A stretch of DNA of 41,697 nucleotides. It comes from a virus (taxonomy: Duplodnaviria > Caudoviricetes). The DNA lies in IMG/VR virus record IMGVR_UViG_3300020045_004948, positions 1 through 41,697 of that record; one strand, written 5' to 3'. The notes beneath the pieces were generated by a model. It ran no database searches. It had not been told where the DNA came from and saw nothing but the letters and a program-made list of their open reading frames with translations. Positions within the stretch are counted from its first letter, which is position 1. Each line of letters begins with the position of its first letter. Shown piece by piece: positions 36,327-41,697 of the stretch. A program made the translations under genes and the position numbers.

Positions 36327-37350
36327 TATATTAATTGATGGGGAATTATATGATTCAGAAACTGGCGAACTAATAAATGAAGTTGAACAAGTAGAAGTAG
36401 AAGTTATAGAGAATACTTTACCTGATATTATTTGTAATGGTGGAACTCATATTAAAACAAATACTATTCAGTTAAAAAAAGTATTAGCTATTTATTTAGC
36501 TAAATATGATGTAGAAGTTACAGAAGATACAGAAAAAGATTGTTCCAAAATGGCAACTGAATTAAATAAATTAGCTAAAACTTTAGATGATAAAAGAAAA
36601 GAAACAGCTGCAATAATTAAAAAACCAGCTGATGAATTAAAAATCGCAGTTGATGAATTAATTTCAATAGTTCAAAACAAAAGAGCTTTTATTTTAGAGG
36701 GAGTAAATGTATTTAAACAAAAAAGATTTGATTTTATTAGAACCCTTTTAAAAGCTAAAATTGAAGATTTATATTTAGAATATAAAGTTAGTTCTAAATA
36801 TCAAGTTTGTAATATTGAGACTTTAGTAGTTGAGGGGAGTTTGTCAAAAGTTGCATTATCAAAAAGTGCTTTAGATGCTTTAGAGTTGTTAGTGATAAAA
36901 GTTAAAAAACTAGAAGATGAAGTAACTATTAGAGAAATGCAATTAGAGCTTAAGTGTTCAAATGCTGGATTAATCACACCAATTCAATTAAATGAAGTTG
37001 AAAGTATTATCGAAGATTCTGATTATGATGAAAAATTAGAAAAGATGATTAAAAATAGACTTGAAATTGAAGATAGAGCAAAAGCTTTAATTAAAATGCA
37101 AGAAGAACAAAGAGAAACTTTAGCCAAAGAAGAGGAGTTTAAAAAACAACAACAAAAAGAAAATGAAGAACAAAAAGAACAATTAAAAGTTTTAGAAAAA
37201 CAAAAAGAAACTGGTAAAAAGATTGTTAAATTAGTTGCAACTTTTGAAGTGGAAGTTAATGCAGATGTTACAGATAATAAAGTATGGTCGAAATATGTAG
37301 TTGAATTACAAAAACAATTTAGTACATTTATAAATTTAGAAATAAAGTAA
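36316..37350 (+). CDS. DUF1351-like coiled-coil protein
   Basis: TELNKLAKTLDDKRKE; next to recombinase; GAGGAG RBS favours ATG 36316. Confidence 0.65.
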   Translation: MSNNILIDGELYDSETGELINEVEQVEVEVIENTLPDIICNGGTHIKTNTIQLKKVLAIYLAKYDVEVTEDTEKDCSKMATELNKLAKTLDDKRKETAAIIKKPADELKIAVDELISIVQNKRAFILEGVNVFKQKRFDFIRTLLKAKIEDLYLEYKVSSKYQVCNIETLVVEGSLSKVALSKSALDALELLVIKVKKLEDEVTIREMQLELKCSNAGLITPIQLNEVESIIEDSDYDEKLEKMIKNRLEIEDRAKALIKMQEEQRETLAKEEEFKKQQQKENEEQKEQLKVLEKQKETGKKIVKLVATFEVEVNADVTDNKVWSKYVVELQKQFSTFINLEIK

Positions 37351-37351
37351 A

Positions 37352-37690
37352 ATGGTTATCTCTAAAAATTTTAATCGTTTATTTTGGGGAACTATAATAA
37401 ACGATATAAAAGTAAATTTAAAGTATCCTATCAAACTTAATCACAAAGTTTTTGGATATGTTCAAGTAGATTTAAAACAATTAAGTAAAGACTCGATACA
37501 CCAGTTATTAAAGCAATTAACTAACTTTCCTAAAGATAGTGAGGGTAAAGCAAAAAGCCTTACTGAGATAAGTAGCAAGGACTTAGTCAATCATATCGAA
37601 TTAATAAAAGTTATGATGAGTCAAAACGGATTTACATTTAAAGCAGATGAAGAGTCATGGGCTAGATTAATAGCAAGTTGTAGAGAATAA
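37352..37690 (+). CDS. Hypothetical protein, possibly NinB-like
   Basis: SLTEISSKDLVNHIELI loosely resembles the NinB C-terminus. Confidence 0.45.
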   Translation: MVISKNFNRLFWGTIINDIKVNLKYPIKLNHKVFGYVQVDLKQLSKDSIHQLLKQLTNFPKDSEGKAKSLTEISSKDLVNHIELIKVMMSQNGFTFKADEESWARLIASCRE

Positions 37691-37713
37691 AATTAAAATA
37701 AAAAAGGATTAGT

Positions 37714-38142
37714 ATGTACAATAAAGTAGTAATGGTCGGGAATCTAACAAGAGATGTTGAACTTAGATATTTGCCAAGTGGTTCAGCAGTAGCAAAAAGT
37801 GCAATAGCAACATCGTACAAATATAAATCAGCAAGTGGCGAACAAAAAGATGAAGTTTGTTTTTTAGATTTTACAATATTTGGAAAAACTGGGGAAGTTG
37901 CTAATCAATATTTAAAAAAAGGTTCAAAAGTTTTATTAGAGGGAAGATTAATTTTTGAAAAATGGACTGCACAAGATGGAAGTGAAAGAAGTAGACACTC
38001 TTTAAGAGTTGATGAAATGAAAATGCTAGACTCTAAAAGTCAATCAGACAATCAAGAATCTCAAAGACCACAACAAAAACAAGAGCCAGTAATTGAGTAT
38101 GAACCTAATTTTGAGATTGATGATAGCGAAGTGCCTTTTTAA
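37714..38142 (+). CDS. ssb: Single-stranded DNA-binding protein
   Basis: NKVVMVGNLTRDVELRY, KGSKVLLEGRL, acidic tail DDSEVPF. Confidence 0.96.
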   Translation: MYNKVVMVGNLTRDVELRYLPSGSAVAKSAIATSYKYKSASGEQKDEVCFLDFTIFGKTGEVANQYLKKGSKVLLEGRLIFEKWTAQDGSERSRHSLRVDEMKMLDSKSQSDNQESQRPQQKQEPVIEYEPNFEIDDSEVPF

Positions 38143-38174
38143 AATGTATCAATAAGTAACACAAAAACAAATTT

Positions 38175-38214
38175 AAAGATAGATTTAGCCTAAAAACTAG
38201 ATTTATCTTTTTTT
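38175..38214 (+). terminator. Intrinsic terminator overlapping next promoter
   Basis: 14-bp stem AAAGATAGATTTAG/CTAGATTTATCTTT plus T run. Confidence 0.65.
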
Positions 38215-38248
38215 ATAGATTATAATTAAGAAAAAAGAGGAGATTTAA

Positions 38249-38677
38249 ATGATAAAAATAGGTTTAAAAATTAAACCAAAATTTGCAACGGTAGCATTAG
38301 ATAAAAATACTACTTATGAAATTGCAACACAAAGACAACAAGATAAAAAATTTGTAATTTTTAATAGATTTAACCAGCCTGAATATTTCACAGAAGATGA
38401 AATATTAGAATATTTTATTATAATAGAGGAAGTTAAAAACTCAAATAATAATCTAAAAAATCCAAAAGCAAGTCATTATAATTTATGGTTAGATGCTGAT
38501 TCTATTGACATTATAAAAGCTTTTTTAACGCAAGAAGAGTATATAGGAGCTTTAAAATTCAATATCTTAAAATATCAATTAAGATTAGGTAAAAAAGATT
38601 GTATTGAGTCTGATATGGAAAAAATAGAAGATTATAAAAGAGAATTAAACAGTATTTTAGAGTCTAAAAAATGTTAA
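38249..38677 (+). CDS. DUF3310-domain protein
   Basis: SHY...SIDII...GALKFNILKYQLRLGKKD. Confidence 0.75.
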   Translation: MIKIGLKIKPKFATVALDKNTTYEIATQRQQDKKFVIFNRFNQPEYFTEDEILEYFIIIEEVKNSNNNLKNPKASHYNLWLDADSIDIIKAFLTQEEYIGALKFNILKYQLRLGKKDCIESDMEKIEDYKRELNSILESKKC

Positions 38678-39246
38678 ATCTAATTGAACAAATTAAAACA
38701 GAGTGCTTATTTGCATTCTGTCATGCAAGAATTAATGGAGTTGCTGGAAAAGATGAAGAAGGTGTTAGAATATTCGATAATCAAGAAACTAGCAACTTTA
38801 TGATTAAATCAGCAAATTCTTTATCAATAGAATTATCTAAATTTGCAACAATAGATAGTATAAACGATAAAATTACAAACTGTAATAATGTAAATATTTC
38901 AAGAATGTACAATGAAAGATATAATCATTTACTTAACCTATTAGATAAATCAATACCACTACCTGATAAAGTTGAAGATATTGAAGATACAAAAACAAGA
39001 GGATATGTAAAAGGTTCATTTATTGAAGCTTTAATAGGTTTAAATTTAATTGCTTTATATTTAGAGAGTGATTCAAGAGAAAAAGCAATTAATATCAAAG
39101 TGGAAGATATAACAAATATTATTGTTAAATTTGAAACTGAAACAAATACATCAAGAAGATTGATTAACGATATGGCTAAATTTAGCACTATTATATTTCA
39201 TAAGTATTGGAATATTAAAAACAAAATTAAAAGGAAAAAGAAATGA
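38671..39246 (+). CDS. Hypothetical protein
   Basis: 191-aa ORF in operon. Confidence 0.7.
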   Translation: MLNLIEQIKTECLFAFCHARINGVAGKDEEGVRIFDNQETSNFMIKSANSLSIELSKFATIDSINDKITNCNNVNISRMYNERYNHLLNLLDKSIPLPDKVEDIEDTKTRGYVKGSFIEALIGLNLIALYLESDSREKAINIKVEDITNIIVKFETETNTSRRLINDMAKFSTIIFHKYWNIKNKIKRKKK

Positions 39247-39686
39247 AAACTTTAACAGAAAACTTAAAAGTTTGGAGAAAAGATAGAAATATATCAAAGG
39301 CTGATTATTTAGTTTTTGTCGGCAATATTTTAGAAGAACTAATGGAGCCATTATGGTCAAAAAATGCTATTGAAATCAATAAGCAAGAGATTTTAGATAA
39401 TTATTTTAGGGCTGCTTCAAAAGTTCAACAAGATACACTTTATATAGAAGATATAGTTGATACAATTCAAGACATTCAAGTATTTTGTATAAACGAAACT
39501 GAATTAATGGGTTATGATAATATAAAATGTAACGAGGAAGTATTTCAAGAAATTAACTCAAGAGAGCAAGACCCCCAACAATTTGCAGAATGGCAAAAAT
39601 ACGGAGCTAATGGAAAATGGCAAAAAGACAAACATCAAAAAGATTGGACTTTATACAAAGCTAACTATGAAAGTTGCAAACTATGA
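39243..39686 (+). CDS. MazG-like NTP pyrophosphatase-fold protein
   Basis: WRKDR, LEELME, VDTIQDIQVF, EINSR. Confidence 0.6.
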   Translation: MKTLTENLKVWRKDRNISKADYLVFVGNILEELMEPLWSKNAIEINKQEILDNYFRAASKVQQDTLYIEDIVDTIQDIQVFCINETELMGYDNIKCNEEVFQEINSREQDPQQFAEWQKYGANGKWQKDKHQKDWTLYKANYESCKL

Positions 39687-39880
39687 ACGGATACGAAGCA
39701 ACATTATCATTCTTTGCACTAATTATAATTTATGATTTAGTTTGTAAATATATGGATTATAAGTTAAAATAGTTACAAAAATACACACTAAAACAAAATA
39801 AATCTAAAAATATTAACTTATTATTGATTATTTTGTTGAGGTATGTAATAATTGAGGCAAGAAAAAAAGAGGATATTAAA

Positions 39881-40096
39881 ATGAAAAAATGGAATGGATA
39901 TAGTTCTGAAAAGAAAAAATGTTTGTATTGCAATAGTATCACTTATGACTATGTAACATATGAAGTTAATGGCATAGAAATAAAAATAAATTGTCATATA
40001 GAGTGTTTTAAAAGTATTGATAATATTGCAAAAAAAACTTTTAGAAATTTAAAAGAACAAATTAAAATAGATTTGAGATTTAATGAAAACAATTAA
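39881..40096 (+). CDS. CxxC hypothetical protein
   Basis: GAGGA RBS before ATG 39881; own promoter. Confidence 0.6.
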   Translation: MKKWNGYSSEKKKCLYCNSITYDYVTYEVNGIEIKINCHIECFKSIDNIAKKTFRNLKEQIKIDLRFNENN

Positions 40097-40181
40097 CCAA
40101 CAAAAAATTAAAATACTAAAAAGATTAATTACTTTAAATAAACAATATCAATCTTTAGTTAAATATTATTAGGAGATTAAA

Positions 40182-40782
40182 ATGAAAAATGATTTAATAG
40201 CAACTGGTGTTATATTTATAGCTATATGTTTTGGTATTAATAGCTTTACACATAATTTAGAGTTAAAAAGAGTTCATAAGCTATTAGAAATGGAAAAAGT
40301 TTCTAAACTTGAAGTTATGAGAATAGCGTTAGAAAATGATAGATTAAATAAAGAGTATATTTCTGTACTTTTAGAATCAAGAGAAGCTTTAAATAATGAA
40401 CTTGATGTTTTATCTAATAAGATTCAAGATTATCAACATCTTGATAAATTTCAAAAGGATTTAGCCCGACATTGGGATAAAAGATAAAAAGTTTATTTCT
40501 CTTTTATGTTTTAGCGAATCAAGTTTTAATTATGAAGCTAATCATCAAGATTTATATGTTGGGGTATGTGGAGTTAATGAATATCTTTGGAAAGATTACT
40601 TAGAAGAAAGAGGCATTGATTTTAATTCATTAAGAGGTGGGTTAGAAGTATATAAGTTTTATTTGAATGCAAATAATGGAAATAAAAAGGCTGCAATTCT
40701 TGACTTCAAAGGTGCAGTTAAAAGTAAAAAAGTTAAAAAGATAGTGGATAAAATTTTAGTATTAGAAAGGGATATAAAATGA
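40182..40782 (+). pseudogene. TM + coiled-coil + lytic transglycosylase (SLT-like) gene split by a +1 frameshift near 40465
   Basis: Frame 40465-40782 has no ATG but encodes CFSESSFNYEA...GVCGVN...YLNANNGNKKAAILDFKG and ends in an ATGA overlap. Confidence 0.65.
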
Positions 40783-41054
40783 AATTAGAAGTTGGAGAGT
40801 TTTATTTAAGTGCAAGTGGCGAAGTTATTGAAATAATTTATAAAGAAGATAATATGTTTGAAGATGTATATTTAAATTCTTTTTTTGAGGACGGGATATG
40901 CAATGGAGATATTAGAGATTTTGATTTAATAGCACATATACCAAAACAATTACATCATAGCATATGCGAGTTAATAAACGATTATCATACTAATAATTAT
41001 GTTAAAGAGTATGAAGATGAAGTTATATTAACTAAAATTGGGAGTAAAGAATGA
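40779..41054 (+). CDS. Hypothetical protein
   Basis: MKLEVGEFY...; AAGGG RBS. Confidence 0.7.
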   Translation: MKLEVGEFYLSASGEVIEIIYKEDNMFEDVYLNSFFEDGICNGDIRDFDLIAHIPKQLHHSICELINDYHTNNYVKEYEDEVILTKIGSKE

Positions 41055-41314
41055 AAGCATTAGATAATGCAAAAGCTATTTATGATTTAACAATGAATGA
41101 AAGATGCGAAGAAAAAGTTCAAGTTTTATTTTCAAATGGATTACATAAGTTAATGATAGATTTAATAGAAGAACTTGAAGAATTAGAAGATAGAAGTTGT
41201 ATAGGTTGTATTAATTTAACAAGAAGTAATAGTCAGGATTGTATATCATGTTCAAGACAATATCAAGACAACTTTAAAATTATAAAAAATAAGGACAAAA
41301 TAACCAATATTTAG
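41051..41314 (+). CDS. CxxC hypothetical protein
   Basis: GGAG RBS; CIGC, CISC. Confidence 0.65.
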   Translation: MKALDNAKAIYDLTMNERCEEKVQVLFSNGLHKLMIDLIEELEELEDRSCIGCINLTRSNSQDCISCSRQYQDNFKIIKNKDKITNI

Positions 41315-41344
41315 CTATAATTATCCTAATTTAAAAGGAGAGTT

Positions 41345-41697
41345 ATGGAACAATATTACGAAGTATTAGAACTAATGAAATATGATTTAGATTTAGTATC
41401 TTATGTAATATCACACCATAGCGAAATTAAAGATAAAAACAAAATATTAAAGAAGCTAGAAAAATATGAGGTCAAAGAGTTCTTAGATATATTCAATGTA
41501 ATATTAGAGAATAAAGACGATGCACTCATGAGAGCTAATATGATTGAATTTAAAAGTGAGATTGATTATATTAGATATTTGAAAGATAAGTTGATCTTGA
41601 ATGATATTTTATTTGCTAACTGGGAAAAGAAAAAAGTAGTTAGAAATAAATCGCAAGTGATTAAGAAAAGTAAGCCAAAGAGTAAAAAGAGAAGATT
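41345..41697 (+). CDS. Hypothetical protein, runs off the end (continues at 1-163 if circular)
   Basis: GCTATAAT promoter, AAGGAG RBS, 117 open codons. Confidence 0.7.
   Translation, partial: MEQYYEVLELMKYDLDLVSYVISHHSEIKDKNKILKKLEKYEVKEFLDIFNVILENKDDALMRANMIEFKSEIDYIRYLKDKLILNDILFANWEKKKVVRNKSQVIKKSKPKSKKRR

Larger units (their letters stand above)
1..41697. mobile_element. Siphovirus-like bacteriophage genome, likely complete and circularly permuted
   Basis: Terminase, portal, capsid, tail, tape measure, lysis and replication modules in typical order; no host housekeeping genes; terminal ORF joins in frame across the ends. Confidence 0.93.

Noticed and set aside
1156-39942. Short minus-strand track ORFs overlapping + genes (1156, 1583, 3243, 7385, 14942, 17674, 20173, 28057, 29222, 29304, 31325, 32278, 38925, 39151, 39757)
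   Set aside because: Antisense shadows of well-supported genes, without evident RBS or promoter
1-41697. CRISPR array, DGR/retron or integrase-att system
   Set aside because: No regularly spaced repeats, no reverse transcriptase and no recombinase motifs recognised; the repeats found are dispersed promoter or terminator elements

Overview
AT-rich, ~41.7 kb tailed dsDNA phage (siphovirus layout), probably a complete circularly permuted genome, because the last ORF reads in frame into position 1. The SSB sequence and gnTATAAT-type promoters suggest a Campylobacterota host (inference). Gene order: packaging, head and tail genes (312-22776) interrupted by self-promoted accessory genes; lysis (23375-24672); a divergent ncRNA locus (~25630-26237); then replication, modification and recombination genes (26352-41314). 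I recognised no integrase, CI repressor, reverse transcriptase or CRISPR array. Main hand-found signals: (1) a type I hammerhead ribozyme nested in a larger paired RNA just upstream of tRNA-Ser(GCT), downstream of two anti-RBS sRNA-like units; (2) a 15-bp GTWAC-N5-GTWAC/TACAC box 74-75 nt upstream of the -10 of 13 non-structural promoters; (3) late-type -10 boxes embedded in hairpins that hide the RBS on read-through transcripts; (4) a structured leader with bipartite complementarity ahead of the replication operon; (5) two PAPS-reductase-like genes, one in an IbrAB-like pair; (6) a frameshifted lytic transglycosylase. All family calls and base-pairings are by eye, with no database search or folding run.
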